Positions 28,173 through 43,659 of a stretch of DNA of 64,000 nucleotides are shown in pieces. Origin of the DNA: Octopus sinensis (taxonomy: Eukaryota); assembly GCF_006345805.1 (NCBI RefSeq), contig NC_043006.1:41788001-41852000 (forward strand). Direction: 5' to 3'. Every line of letters begins with the position of its first letter. Within the stretch, counting starts at the first letter, position 1. A program made the position numbers and the translations under genes. The notes beneath the pieces were generated by a model that was given only the letters and a program-made list of their open reading frames with translations, made no database searches and had not been told where the DNA came from.

Positions 28173-30659
28173 TAAACATGTGTTGAACGTTTGTAGTTAG
28201 GACAGTTTTATTTAATTTTTATTTAATTTTTAGTTTTTTTTTTTGCTTAAGATGTTAATGAATTGTGGTTTATTATTACGATGCAAGTGTAGGAAACATT
28301 ATAAAACGACTGTTAAAAACTATTATTTTGTAACAACAATAAAGGACCATTGTTATTGTTCTCTTTGTTGATTGTAAAAGGAAACCAATTGCAATTCTGC
28401 TTTGTAAGGCCTGTGGATTTCATGAGATAAATATTGTATTCTAAATACAATATTTAACCGGAAATGCTTTGCCTACCTCCCCTGCTACTCTTTTGTCTTT
28501 GCAACCACTCAGAATACTCTACTTTATCATGTGCATCAAGGTAAAGAATAGTGTATGTAAACATCATAGTGAATTCTCGCGTGTATTGAAACAAATAGAA
28601 TACGATATTTCAAAGTTAAATATTGAACGTATATTTGAAATCCGGCTTCCGCAAAATGAACTGATCTTAATTAATACTTACTTTACAACGAGTGCTTTTT
28701 TTTTTTTTTACTTTCCTCCCACGATTACACAAGCCTCTCATCTCAACTTCATATTTATACGTACACATTAACCTATTCTTCTTTTCTCTATCTTCATTAT
28801 ACTTCATGCAGAGTCTTACTCGACTGAAGCAAATGTAATACTGAAACAAACGTTTGTTTGCCGCACCGAGTATAGAGATCAAACATTGCGTTCATAATAA
28901 ATGGGAGAGGTTTGTAGAGTGTATATACGCCTTGTAAATATATATCGCCATGTGTATGTTTGTATGTGAAACTGCGTTTGAACACGTTCGTGTATTTGCG
29001 TGTGATGTCTTCGATACAAATCTCCAGTGTAGGAATGTAGATTACAAAACAATTTCGCATTATGGACTTGAAACAAATTTTGTATATTGTTACAGTTCCG
29101 CTTATAGATTGTAATTTATTATGCCTGTTAGTTGGTTAATTTCTTTCTCAAAAATTCCTGTCTTTTTCTGATTTGACCTTGGCATTTGTTCACAAAAGAA
29201 TTTCGGTAGTGAAGCTTTGCGTGTTTCTAAATTAAAGTGGAGGCATTTGAAATCACATCAGTGAAATAGAGCAGGAGAGATATTAATGTTAAAAGAACTT
29301 GAAGCATCTAAAATCAAAATAGTTTTAAAGCACCTTAAAAAATAGCAAGATTTTGCAGCACCCCGGAAGGGTCATTATGCCAATATCAAATACACGCGCT
29401 GGTTTTATTTCATTTCGTTTATTATTATTAGTCAATTAGTTAACTATTTAACGAATTAACTTATTGATTGATCATTTATTCTGTCAATTAATTAGTCAAT
29501 CAGCTAGGTTTGTTAGCGTCGTTTCGTCGCCATTTACGACTTTATCAATAACGTGCCTTATCTTCTTTAGTGCAATTCATATCTATTCATTTATTCAAAT
29601 AGGCCCATACACACACACACACAGATTCACACATGACTATACTGACACATACTAATCACCGTTTCCATTTTCCTGCTTCTTTTCTTATCATAAACGCTAC
29701 CATCTCTTAGACCCAGCTACCTTTCTTGGCCCCAGATATTATGGTATCAGATATTCATATTTTGATGTTTTCTACCTCCACACCCCTCCGGAATTTAAAT
29801 TCATTAACACGATCTGATGATTATCTAGAAGAACCACGTAACTGAAATTTTAAATAAGACATTAGAAAGAAATTGGTGCATTATTTTTTTTTAATGGATA
29901 GTTTATTATTAAAAAAATAATACCCGCCAAAGCAAATGGTATCTCAGTGTTAGGCCACAACACTCATATGAGGTATAGGACATCTTGAAATTCCCAGCTT
30001 GTCCATTTAAGAACAACGAACCAATAAATGTTTAAATAGTCTGCTCAAAAACTTCAATTACACGTTATGGCTAGGTAATTCTCTGTTTTAAAAATACTTA
30101 ACGTCATGCTGCAGTTAATAAAAATAGAATGAATGTGAAAAGATAGGGAAATAAAATTATCAAACGAAGGGATCGAATGGTCACAACACCTCCCGACACG
30201 TAATTCGGCCGCCAATTTAAAACTAAATTTGGTCATACGAAAGCGTACAATAAACTAGGTGGTATAAAAAAAAGATTATCTGTAAACAGAGGGCTGAAAT
30301 GAGGTATCGAGTGAGTTTCCGGGTTTCCTTTATTTCACATGGGTGACTTACGCAGAAGTATTTTGTAGGTGGATTATGCATTTACAATAAATAGTCAATT
30401 TTATACGGTAGCGAACCAACGGATTGCTAAACACGTTATTTATCATGAGATTGGTCAAATATGTTGATCACGGTTATTGAGCCAGAATCACTTGTCCCCA
30501 ACTGTTTTTTATGTCCAGAAAATAAGTTTCGTCTTTTCGTAATGGCATATCAACTTCGGACTATTCTTGATTCTTGAGATCATCTCCCTTTATGAAGAGG
30601 CGGTGATCTTCAATGCCATTTAAGACATCCTATAGAAAGGGAGATAAATTTAATAAATC

Positions 30660-30940
<281 letters not shown>

Positions 30941-31621
30941 GTACTCACGCACACATACGCTTTCGCGCATACACATATATATACACACAAACGTTTTCGC
31001 GCATACACATACATATACACACATAGATCTATCTATATAACGATATATGTGTGTATATATAAGTAAATTACTGCGACGAATTTTGCTGATTACGCTGATT
31101 TCTTTATTGATGCTCATGTATAATTTAATACACTGAAACCACAGCATTCTTAAATGCATAAATTACAAAATTAATTAACACTTCAAGACAGACACGAATC
31201 GATCATGAGAATTTTTGACGGTAAGAATGTCGTATTGTTCACGCATTATGCAACTAGTCAAAAATGCACATCGCAATTTTTTTTTTCTGAACGATAAAAG
31301 CACCAATGCTCAATATAGCATTTATACAACCATTAAATCATGTTGCATTCAGTAATTTGTTTTGGAAATCATTTGTCTATGCATTAACTTCTGTTTGTAT
31401 GTTGTTATTTGTAACGCTTCCTTATTTATTTCTACGAATTAGGAAAATTACATATAAATTTGTAACACCTTCAAATAATTATTTTGCGTCTAATTTTATT
31501 CCGTATCCCATACGATGTGGAGGTGTGATGACTAATTGTAACAAATGCATAATAAAAATCGCGACAAAAATCGCGGAATTATAGATTCGATGTTGCAGCT
31601 TCAGTCACGAAGGTTACAACT

Positions 31622-32038
31622 TACTCTTTTACTTGTTTCAGTCATTTGACTGTGGCCATGCTGAAGCACCGCCTTTAGTCGAGCAAATCGACCCCAGCAC
31701 TTATTCTTTGTAAACCTAGTACTTATTCTATCGGTCTCTTTTGCCGAATCGCTAAGTTATGGGGACGTAAACACACCAGCATCAATTGTCAAGTGATGTT
31801 GGGGGAACAAACGCGGACACACAAACATATATATACACATACACACACATATATTATATATATAATATATATATACGACGGGCTTCTTTCAGTTTCCGTC
31901 TACCAAGTCCACTCACAAGGCTTTGGTCGGCCCGAGGCTATAGTAGAAGACACCTGCCCAAGGTGCCACGTAATGGGACTAAATCCGGAACCATGTGATT
32001 CGTAAGCAATCTACTTACCACACAGCCACTGCTACGCC
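31622..32038 (-). mobile_element. Full-length CORE-type SINE
   Basis: Reverse-complement match to 18616-19040. Confidence 0.9.
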
Positions 32039-32411
32039 TACATATTTTCGTTGGAACGTGTAAATATGAAGTTCAGCTACTGGTTTGCTGTTTTATCTGT
32101 TGAGGAGGTTATTCTGTTTTCCTTTTCTTCCATGATTTAAATATTATATCAGTTTTATTAGATAGGTGCGTACGCGTACCTTCGTGTGATTGAATATGAG
32201 GGTGTTGGTATGCCTGAGCACGAGTGTACGTGTATGTGCATGTCTGCGTGTTCTTGCAGAATCAAATCCTAATATTCTCTAACTGATCTCAGCTACAAGC
32301 CACTTTGTAAGCTGGCTTGAGTATATCAAGCAGTTCTTACGAACTATATTTTTTTACCTACGTCATCAGTCTTACCTCCGTCATCAGTGTCGTGTTGTCT
32401 AAAGAACTGGC

Positions 32412-32629
32412 TACGAGAGGATGCTGAAAAGTTCATGACTTTAAGGGTATCGTGAAAGACCTGCTTGGAGGCCCAATCTACCAAGTTCTTTTGTAGGGCT
32501 TAGAAAACCCCGAAGGACCGATGCAATAAAAGTATAAATCCGAGAGGACAATAAGTTCAATAAAATCATAACTAACTCTTGTATTATATTTTACCCCAAG
32601 CCAGAAGCATTTCAGCACACCCTTTCGTT
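32412..32629 (+). mobile_element. Mariner-derived MITE (about 220 bp)
   Basis: TIRs tacgagaggatgctgaaaagtt and catttcagcacaccctttcgt. Internal DRCNKSINPRGQ*VQ* resembles a mariner C-terminus. Confidence 0.75.
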
Positions 32630-33028
32630 CACGTGTAAGCAATCGAAAAAAGGCGCCCGGCTGGTCATGGTTTAAATTTCTTGGGGTCATAGGATATGTG
32701 CATTTCATGACGAAATTATAAGCTATGTTAAGTGAGTCAAACATATTTAACACGCCCGCGTGTATGTCTATTGTCAGAAACATTGTATCCACTACATGTT
32801 CATGCCGCATATGTAAATAACAATAACTTTGAAAGATAGCTTCCATTGACATAGATATTCCAGCTGACACGATGGAATAGCATTCAGATATGTATCATTT
32901 AAAATATTAATATTCGCCCATTATACTAATCTATTTGTCCCCTCTGTGTTCAGCCCTGTGTGGCCAATAAATAAAGTTATATATACATATATATATATAT
33001 GTGTGTTCATTTCTCCATCTCTGAAATG

Positions 33029-33070
<42 letters not shown>

Positions 33071-33074
33071 ACAT

Positions 33075-34025
33075 AATAATATATGTACATACCTACCTCT
33101 ACATGTATATATACATGCATGCATATATGGGTACAGGACACCAAAAAAACGTCGAACACAATGAGAAACGAAAACATAAACACAAAACCGAGGAAATGGA
33201 CATTTTTTAAACAACGAAAAAATAGAGTACAGGACATAAAAACAAGGAAAATTCCCCTTCTTCAGTCGCCTTAATTTCATCTACTCCACGTTTCGAAGGT
33301 CAGGCGATACATGACTTCAATGAAATTTTCCTTCCCGCGGAAATCAAATTAAATAAAATTTGAGATTTTTCTGCGGGGGGGGGGGGAACTGGTAACAAAA
33401 ACAGGACAGTAACGACAGTACAAAATATAAACAGGACAACGGAGAATAACAGTAACACAAACAAGGAGGGCTATTAAGCCAAACGAGATAAGAATTTTTT
33501 TACGAACGCTATTCTTTGGGATCGGCAGAGCAACAGATTTTACCGTCCCTACTTGGAGGAAGCTGGAGAAGAAAAGACAGAAATAGGCATCTCATCACGT
33601 GACCGCGACGGGAGGGGGAGGAGGAGTAAGAGAAAGGGAGAGAAAAAACGGGGATGGTGGTAGAGAAAATAATGAAGAATGAGAGAGAGAGAGGGAGAGA
33701 CAGTAAGGTAGCAGAAAAAGAATGAAGGCTGAGAAAGGGAGGGGGAGAGAAAGGTTAAGAGTGCGCATCAGTATTAATATTAAGAACAATCTTACTTAGA
33801 AATGGATGCGTGCGTTCAGTCATATATAAATAAATAAATAAAACATGCATTTATACATACATATATGTACGTACCTACCTCTACATGTATATATACATGC
33901 ATATATGGGTACAGGACACCAAAAAAACGACGAACACAATGAGAAACGAAAACATAAACACAAAACCGAGAAAATGGACATTTTTTTAAACAACGAAAAA
34001 GTAGAGTACAGGACATACAAACAAG
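33075..34025 (-). mobile_element. About 770 bp non-coding dispersed repeat in partial tandem (about 1.25 units)
   Basis: 33075-33250 is repeated at about 33845-34025. The body is homologous to 45535-46325. Confidence 0.85.
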
Positions 34026-34071
34026 ATATATATATATATATATGTATGCATGCATGATATTATATATATAT

Positions 34072-34114
<43 letters not shown>

Positions 34115-34745
34115 CTACATAAACATAAATTTCATATATATATATACATATGTTATATATATATATATATATACGTGTATATTTATATATTAGATTTATG
34201 TATACATATACATATATTATAAAGACATATACATATATGTAATATAGTTTCCATATACCAATCCTGAGTGAATTACACCCCCCACACACACCCACAAACG
34301 ATCGCACACACGCACACACACAAACGATCGCACTCACACACACGCACACGCATGGAATAGTTTCTACAAAGTGCCACCAGGTGTTGGCTTACTTTCTCAC
34401 GAATTACTTTCTCAAGAAATAATCTCCCATGATATTTAAGTTCTTTTATTCATTTTTCTTTACCAAATTCATACTACTACTACTACCCTATACTAATTAT
34501 TCTCTTCAGCTTCTATTCACGTTAACTATTTACAATTTATTAATGCAAGGGTTATAATTTCATTAAAATAAGCATTTATCATGTATGGCATGTAATACAC
34601 ATTTTAGTCTTCTTTGTTTAAATTCATGTGACTGGCAAGACTGAAACCTTTATTGTTTTCTTTTAGTTCTTCTCTAGTCATCATATCTATATCTCTCTCT
34701 CTATATGTATATATGTATGTATTATATCTATCTGTCTGTCTATCA

Positions 34746-34777
<32 letters not shown>

Positions 34778-34930
34778 CTATAGGTCTGTCCATCTATCTA
34801 TCTATCTGTCTCTCTGTCTTTCTATATATATATATATGACTATATATGTTTGTATGTATATATAAGTGTGCGACTGCATATGTATATACATATATTTCAA
34901 GACATGCATAACATTATATACATGCATATG

Positions 34931-34981
<51 letters not shown>

Positions 34982-35209
34982 CATACATAAATATATATTA
35001 TATATATATATATAATATATATATATTATATACATTATATATATATATGTATAATACATATATAATATATTATATATATATAATATATATATATATATAA
35101 ATCATATATATTGTTTGATATATGATATAATATATATATGTAACTATGTACATATATATTATATATAATATACGAGTATATGTGTGAGCATGTATGATAT
35201 ATAATCTTG

Positions 35210-35248
<39 letters not shown>

Positions 35249-35744
35249 CATATCATACCACCCTCCGAGTTATATAATTACAAATACATGACAACAAAAA
35301 TATGTAAATTGCATGATGTTATTCAACACTTCTCAAAAACGATTTGCTTTAGTATTCACTGCAGAGCCGGATAAAATAATCAAACGAAAAAAAAAACTAT
35401 TATTTATTATTAGTAGTCTATTTTATGAACTACAACGTCTCCTGTAAATTTGTGATCTCCTTAATAAAAACAAAAGCCTTTGTCATTTATTCTTGTTGAT
35501 TCCCCTTTTGTATTTTCTACACGGCATTAATTTTTTTTTTTAAATAACAATCATCTTTGTAATGATGGTGGAAAATTCTATCACAAAAGAAATTGAGTTT
35601 TTTTTTTTTTATGTTTTTTGAAATGTACTCTTGCAAATGAAGAATTTCTTTCTTCCATAAACAACAGCTGTATCTCTGAAGAAGGAAAGGGAAAGCCACA
35701 GTTTTGTACAGAATAAAGTGCTACCGTCTAAGTTGAAAGAGCAG

Positions 35745-35870
35745 CAGTGTATTCTGGAAACGTAACAGTGTATTCTGAGGCAGCAACAGTGTATTCTGGA
35801 AAATTAACAGAGTATTCTGGGGCAGCAGCGGTGTATTCTGGGACAGCAACAGAGTATTCTGGTACGGTAC
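35745..35870. repeat. 21-bp minisatellite, 6 units
   Basis: Conserved cag(t/a)gtattctg plus a variable 9-mer at 35745, 35766, 35787, 35808, 35829 and 35850. Confidence 0.9.
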
Positions 35871-36374
35871 GAACCTGGTTAATAAAAAGACAGCAACGAA
35901 AATACATAATCTTAAATATTAATTGGTTTAAGATATTGAAATTTATCGAGCTTATGGAAATGCCCGTATAACAGAAAAAAAGACAAATATGATTATTTTT
36001 CGTATTCTATGCAGACATCAATATTAATGTTTTAAATCGTGTCACCTTCTAACCCACTGAACTGAAATATTGCTCGAGGACAATAATTGCCAAGTTCCAT
36101 TTTAATTAAGGTAATGTTAAGAGAGAAAGGTTGGTAAGTTACAAGAATTGTATGAGTGCCAATTTTTATTTCACTTTTTTTTTTCATTTTTTGTGGTTTG
36201 TTGTTGCGTGTGAATTTGAAAATTAATCTCTGGCTTCCAGCAGAAAATGGTCCCACGTGAAATAACACGAATATCTGAATGATTTAAAGTAACATTTATG
36301 CATTCTTTATATAATGTGTTGCAGGTGATGAATTATGAAGGACACACAGTAAAAACATATTCAAAAACTATGCG

Positions 36375-36420
<46 letters not shown>

Positions 36421-36638
36421 CCTACATACATACATACAAAGAGCATGCACACAAACTCAAATACCAATGTATATAAGTACAAACTCGCCTTTGTATACAG
36501 AAATGTGAAGAGGCTTACGAAAACATGCGCGCGCATATTTTAATCGTTTCGTTCGTCAGACTGCGGTCATGATGTTGCGTCACCTGGAAATCTCCTCGAT
36601 GCCACTTGTTACATCTCTCTTATAAATGTTTCATTGTT

Positions 36639-36703
<65 letters not shown>

Positions 36704-37164
36704 TATTAAATTTCTTGTGAAATGGGTCCCAACTCAGCTTAGAGGTCTGAATGTGTATAACACTCACACACACACACGTATGTGTGTACTTGTACATATA
36801 TATATATCAATATCTTGCGATTTCACTGCCTTTCTATCTACTTATTTATCTCTCTATATATGCACATGTTAGATAGATACATATATTCGTGCACAAACAT
36901 AAATACCTTCCTAATAATACACGCTTACGCACACACATGCATATCATTACATTTATTCATATTTTTACTGTGTCAGTTTTTCAGGTAAGGGTATATTCGC
37001 TGTCATGATGCAAATGAACTTAAATACTGAATCCATGTTGTAAGAATCAGAAGAAATCTAATTCCAAAATACTACATGTAGAATACTCTCTCATCCCACA
37101 CTGTCTCTCTTCTCTCTCTCTTTTCACGCATACTCACACATACAATTCCTAAATGAATGAAGAT

Positions 37165-37260
37165 CTTCGACTGGATGAAGAAGGGAATGAACGTGCAGAG
37201 TGAGAAAGACCAGGGTGATGTTGCGAAAGACAGAAATAAATGGAGGAGGAACAAACCAAG
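37165..37260 (+). mobile_element. Possible RTE LINE C-terminal scrap
   Basis: WMKKGM..DVAKDRNKWRR resembles the RTE A.DR..WR motif; very short. Confidence 0.3.
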
Positions 37261-38503
37261 ATTCATCAAAGGCATGAATATGGCATGACACAAGAGAGAG
37301 AGAGAAAGAGAGAGAGAGTACTTCTAAGAAACATCGTCGTTGTATAATACAAACAAATTTACCATACCTTCATTACTAACATTTCTTAATCTAATTCTTT
37401 GAATATTATACCATTCTTAGTATTTATCCCATCTTCCTTCCATAAACTTTTATAAATATAAATATATTTCTCTGTAGTATTTATAAAAACAAATTATCGT
37501 ATGATAATATAAAACATTTCATCCCATCTTTATTAACATTTCTCGATCTAATTCTTTGTATATTACACCCTTCTTGATATCGTTCATTTATCGTTCTATC
37601 ATCTCCCTCACATACACTTTATAAATATATTTAGATATAATTATAGATATATTTTTCAAATGAATTTCATGTTTTAGCAGCATTTTCCACGTTCAATATT
37701 AGCTAAATTTTAAACGATCAATTTCTAATTACTTGAAATCTGCGTCCTAATAAGTTGTTTACATTTGAAAATTCTTAAACATACTCCTCAAATAAGTTAT
37801 TTCGTAATTCAAGACCTGAAAATATACATACGTTTCCTTGAAGATATCCGGCAATATATCGTTTATTACATCTATAATAGTTAGAATATTGAGGATTCAA
37901 ACATACTGTCAGATTGAAACATATGTTGGAATTTTTGGAGGATATTTTTAGATTGTTTTGTTGATGCGGTTTTTGTTATACTTGTTATTATAGGTATCTC
38001 TTTTAATTTGCATTGCTTTTCCATTGCCATTATGATACAAATAAAATGAACCAAGCGTCTATTATATTTTTCTTCTCTATTTTCTTTTATTGACTTTATA
38101 CACACACACACACACACATACATACATACATACATACATACATACATACATACATACATGCATATATATATATATATATATATAATATATATATATATCG
38201 GTGATGATAATATTACTCAGTGTGATTCTCCGTATTTTATATGCACTTATAAAGTAACAAAAGAGCGCCACACACTGCCTGAGTCGAATCTTATCCTGTC
38301 TCTGTTCATTATTGGAATGCTGAAGGGTGATTTACAGTTTTCCTTTTTATTTTTAGTGACAGATTGATTGCATACATTGTCTTTGTTCTAATTACAGTCG
38401 TCCAATGAAGTCAGCTGGTCTATTTTCGTGCCTTTGACATGTGCTTTCAGAGCGATGCAGTGTTTTAAATGGCATCACAAAGAAAATCTACAGGACACTA
38501 ATA

Positions 38504-38534
<31 letters not shown>

Positions 38535-40453
38535 TGTGTGTGTGTGTAGATAGATAGATAGATAGATACAGAGAGAGAGAGAGAGAGAGAGATTACTATT
38601 TATGAAATACTTTGCAGCTGTATAAGACGCAATTTAATGTTTCAGGTGTAAAGAGCAGCGTTTATAATTTTAACTGCGTCTATAAGTCTCTCTTTCTCTT
38701 AATTTTTTGTTCATATACATATTTACATATATATATATACACACATATATATACATACACAAACACACACATGTAAAAGGAGAGAGGGGAGAGAGAGAAT
38801 GGAGGAGAACGTGAGAGATAGAGAGAAAGATTGGGAATGAGCGAGTGAGATATATATGTGCGCGTGCAAATATCAGCTATGCCTGGGCATCGATATATAC
38901 GACTCTACAGACTCCTACTAAAAAGTAACTTACTATATATTCCCATAATCAGCACACACCATGTTTCTGAAACAGCAAGTTAGTGAGCCAGGCAAAGTGG
39001 TAAAAAAAAAGAACAAAAAGAAATATATAACAGAAAAGCAAGCAGACAGAGTAGCGAAGAGTATTCATGTAATAGACTGCTATATTCGAAGAACCGAAGA
39101 TATAAAAAGTGAGCTATAAATACTAAAATTGCGCAAAGGTACTGTATATAAATGCATGAAATCAAAGAGTATTGTAATGGAATCTAGCAAAGGTGATCGC
39201 TAGGAATTATGCAAATTATTGCCATACTATAAACCAAAATATCTTTGGAAGATGAATTATTGTACACAGTTTCTCCTCCTACCGTATGTTGTTTGGTAAT
39301 GCTTACTAAAGAAGACAACTTTTTATATTATCTGTTTATTAATTTGTTCATGTATGCACCGGGCTTTTCTTTTATAATGCCGTTTCAAAAATCCGAAACA
39401 ACCCAATTTTTCATCATCGAATGTTATGATAAAGAGAATGGATAAAAAATGTATAATATCAATATAAATGTAATTTATTTTATCCGTATTTGTAATAAAG
39501 GCGTAATATCATATATAGTCATAAAGTATATAGAATAATATACTGAAAAATATTTCTTTTAAAACAGAAAAACAGTAATGAAAAGCGCTATTGATTTATA
39601 AAGAAACGGAATTTTGTGATGTTCGAAATACTGATAGCGGTAGTTAGGATATAAACGAAGTATAATGGTTCAGCAGGCTTTCCTGTAACATATGGCTCTC
39701 TCTTATATAACTAAATGTTGTCTCCTGACAAGATAATGTATTCTCTCTATATGCAATGTCAGATGTTCAGACTTGATCTAAAATTTTCATGAAATATATA
39801 TTAAGAGAGACTAAATCAATGCAGTGGTATCAAATTAGCAAGCGCAGGAAACCCAGGTGCAGTTCTCCTGGGTTACCTGATCCTGCTACATATTTAAATA
39901 GCGATTAATTCTTTGCAAAAATAATTAGTATTGCTAAAACATAGTTCCACATTTACAAATCTTTTAGACTGGATCGGTAACCTTGATAGCTAAAACATTT
40001 GTGGTTTTCACTAGTGGAGTAGCTGAAGTGCATGCCCTTGGGTTTTCCGCCCCACTTTTTTCATAGAGGTTTATACAACAAACCCCAAAGTACCGCGTCT
40101 GTAAAAACGTTTTCCAGATTGTACCACCTTCATCTGAACCCCGTAATCATGCTACAGGTTTCGCCTATGTTTCCCCTCGAACAACCAGGATACTATCAGA
40201 AATATGTTTCTGTTCTTTGGGAAAATGTATATGCGAGATGTAATGAATTTTCAACGAGTAGTTTAACGGGAGATTACAATTATATGTACATAAGTGGAGA
40301 TAGGGCTCTCTAGTTAAAGACCACTTTGTAGGTAGGTAGGTTCAAGGTTTATCCTACACCGAGGTATTTCGTGCAAGCATCTTCTAATATAGTCCCTGGT
40401 TGACTAATATCTTGTGAGCGAATTGGTAGACAGAAACAGGGAGAAACCACTTT

Positions 40454-40505
<52 letters not shown>

Positions 40506-40663
40506 AGTGTGTGTGTGTGTGATGAATATGCACGTGTGAGTGTATTTGCGTGCGTATATCTGTATTTATGTTTGTACTGACACCGTTCATTCTTGCAAGT
40601 TCAGTAAATGAGCCAGTAAATTAAATACCATATGTGGAAATATGCAATTAGCTCGATATATAT

Positions 40664-40707
<44 letters not shown>

Positions 40708-40712
<5 letters not shown>

Positions 40713-40900
40713 AATCCCAAAAGACGAAGAACAGGCATAAGAAAAAAAATAACAACGCGAGGACGTGGTACATGCAAAGTATTAGCAGAGGCTCGGTGAA
40801 GGAAAAAAGGTGGTTTTACGAGCAAAGTTCTTCTTCAGAAACGGGAGAGAGAGGAAAGTACAAGAGAAAAGGAAAACAGAGGAAGAGATCGGCAACGATT
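40708..40900 (-). mobile_element. Hammerhead-type short repeat, same family as 52330-52549, GAAAC box deleted
   Basis: Minus strand cgttt-CTGAAGA-A-GAAC-ttt-GCTC-gtaaaacc..ccacgtcctcgcgttgtt..gggatttacta(TA)n. Confidence 0.7.
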
Positions 40901-41350
40901 CACATGTGGTTATATATAAATTTATATATGATACATGCATACATTTTGTCCATATATATGTGATGGGAGTGGGGTATGTGTGAGTATCAAATGTCTTCAA
41001 TGTTCTAGTTCAGGACAAGCTACTGTATCGATTTGGAGGTAGGTCATAATTAAAATGTGATTGCAGTAATGTATACATTCGGAAGAATGTCAAAAAGTCA
41101 ACGTATTTTAGCTGAATACTATTCCACCCCCGCCCAATGTACTTTTAGTGTAAAACTAACGTTATCAATGCCTACACACATACACACAAACCAACTCACA
41201 CATCTACGCAAACTGGTATATTCCAATACATATAAAAGGCGTTCACACAAGCGTAAGGATATATATATATATATATTACTGAATACCCATACACATGTCT
41301 ACGTATATATACACACACATATGTGAGTGTGCGTTCACGCACACGCACAC

Positions 41351-41419
<69 letters not shown>

Positions 41420-42297
41420 TCTAACATTCCCTATGGAAATTCCGCGGTTAGAAAGTTATAGCAAACGAGAGAATATATAATTTCCATTGATATCGTATTG
41501 TTGTTTGAAAAATTTTCTTTTAGATTTTGTAAACGTCCAGAAAGGTTGTATTAGCATTCAATGTTACATACTTGGGAGACAACATCTCTGAATACAACAC
41601 ACTTTAATCTCTTGTGACTTGTTTTTATTTCGAATATTGCTATCTGTTATTATTCATATTTACGTCAAGAAGTTAGCGCTCTTAACTATCAAACGAATTC
41701 AAAGATTACTACATCTGTAATTTTATTCTTATACACAACTATGCTGGTAAAATTGTAGCAAAACTTATTATGCTGTATTGCACCCTTGTATTTATATCGA
41801 AGACTAGACCGTATGACGAGGTTTTAACCTAAAGTCGTGGTGAATGAAATATAGACGCTGCTCCGTTATTGTGTATTATATCAATGACCGTTATTCCTCG
41901 CGGGCGTGGCTACAGGCTTAAAGTGCTTGCTTTGTAACCAGGTGGGGTTTTTTGTTTGTTTAGAGCCTTATTGTTATTGTTTTCTGTATTCACGAGGACG
42001 CTTAACCTAACGGTTAAGGTGTTGCACTCGTGAGATCGTGGTTTCAATTCGTAGATCGCGTGGTGTGTCGTGTTCTTGAGCAAAACACTTCAGCTCAGGC
42101 TGTTCTGCCACCACTTCGATAACTGGTCAGTGTTACACCGCGTATCTGTACACACAACGTCCATTTGATGAAAGGAGTGAGCTACTGTACGTGACCTACA
42201 TTTTGAATAGTATACACAAATCATTTGCGCTAGTCGTTCGGCAAAATTCCAAATAATCATGCATGGTCTATGACAGGAGAGTCCATCTTTATATATA

Positions 42298-42341
<44 letters not shown>

Positions 42342-42398
42342 TAGCAGAGATACCCGGCGTTGCCCGGTTACATTCAATAGAAGAATTATACTTTTCTG

Positions 42399-42430
<32 letters not shown>

Positions 42431-42524
42431 ATATACACACACACGCACACACACACACACACACAAATATATGTATATTAATATAAATACATGAAAGTAC
42501 ATGAAGTTTGTTCAAACAAGGGGA

Positions 42525-43655
42525 TCATGTATATACCTCCTGGCTGTTGAGATTATAACATCTCGTTGTAAACAATGTTCCTTGTTTTTCCTTGTGGAGC
42601 ATTCTTTTGGTTCCTACTCTTGAGCAGCCAACATACAGTTGCCTATGCGAGAAGCAGGGCTTTTCCAAGAGAAGACCAGTTACAGAGAGGGTTTGACCCT
42701 GAGATTTGTTAATGGACATGGCAAAGCTGACACGAAGTGGGTATTGCAGTCTTCTGAATGTAAATGGAATTTCTGCTCCTGATGGAGTTAGAGGAAATCT
42801 TGGAATAAAGACGTCATCACTTTTTCCACATCCAGAAATAATGATCGCCTCAATAACGTGTGACATCATTTTCTTTATCACCATTCGTGTTCCATTGCAA
42901 AGTCTTGGTGGTTCCAGATTGCGGAGTAGCATTACAGGAGTACCAACTTTAAGTGCTAATATGTGTGGAGGTAGTCGAGGAGGCTCCAGTGAATTGAGAA
43001 ATTCAGGAGGATAGTTCACAACTTCATTTATGTCAGGAATTGTATCAACAGACTTGTGTGTATAGTGCCGGGAAGAGAATGCATTAGCTGTTGATTAATT
43101 TTGCTAACAGCGACGTTTTTTGGAGCTAATATTGCTCTTTCACACAGCCAATTGTGATTTTGGTAGTTTTGTGTGAAGTTGGGAAACACTTTGTTTTTGA
43201 GGTCATCTACAGAATTAACAACAGAGGAAAATGACCACACTTCCATTTGTCCTGCAGCATCGAGAGGCATCTTGCCTTCACCAAGTGTCAAAATGTCCTG
43301 TGCAAACTTTGTGGACATTTTGTCGCCGTATAGCTGAGCTCTCATGTTAGTGGTGAGACTAAAGATTGTAACATGATTCCACAGGGTAGAGGACTTTAGG
43401 CGTGCTTGAACTTCATCAGCTCTAGTGTCTTCGGAATGACAGGAAGAGTTTGCCTGAAATCACCTGACAACAGAAGCGTTACATCTCCCATTGGAGCCTG
43501 ACAGTCTCGGATGTCTTTCAGGGCTCTATATAATGCTTCCAAAGCTCCCTTGTGAGCCATAGTGCAGCTTTTGTTGATGTTGCATGAAGGCATTTGAGTG
43601 TCGTAGGTTGTTTCACGAATGACAGCAGTGGGGAGGCTATTTGACCCTGACCTGA
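42525..43655 (-). pseudogene. Helitron RepHel Pif1-family helicase C-terminal remnants (frameshifts and deletions)
   Basis: LLLSGDFRQTLPVIP; MRAQL..WLCERAILAPKN; NYPPEFLNSLEPP..LKVGTPVMLLRNL..LCNGTR..FRRLQYPLRVSFAMSINKSQGQTL..QLYVGCSRV. Confidence 0.95.
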
Positions 43656-43659
43656 ATGT

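Noticed and set aside
35745-35870. CRISPR-like repeat/spacer appearance
   Set aside because: Repeat 12 bp and spacers 9 bp are too short, the spacers are related to each other, there are no cas genes, and the context is eukaryotic.
36540-36565. Minus-strand CTGACGA-AC-GAAAC as a hammerhead
   Set aside because: No helix II, no valid cleavage triplet or helix I; a match like this is expected by chance in 128 kb of sequence.
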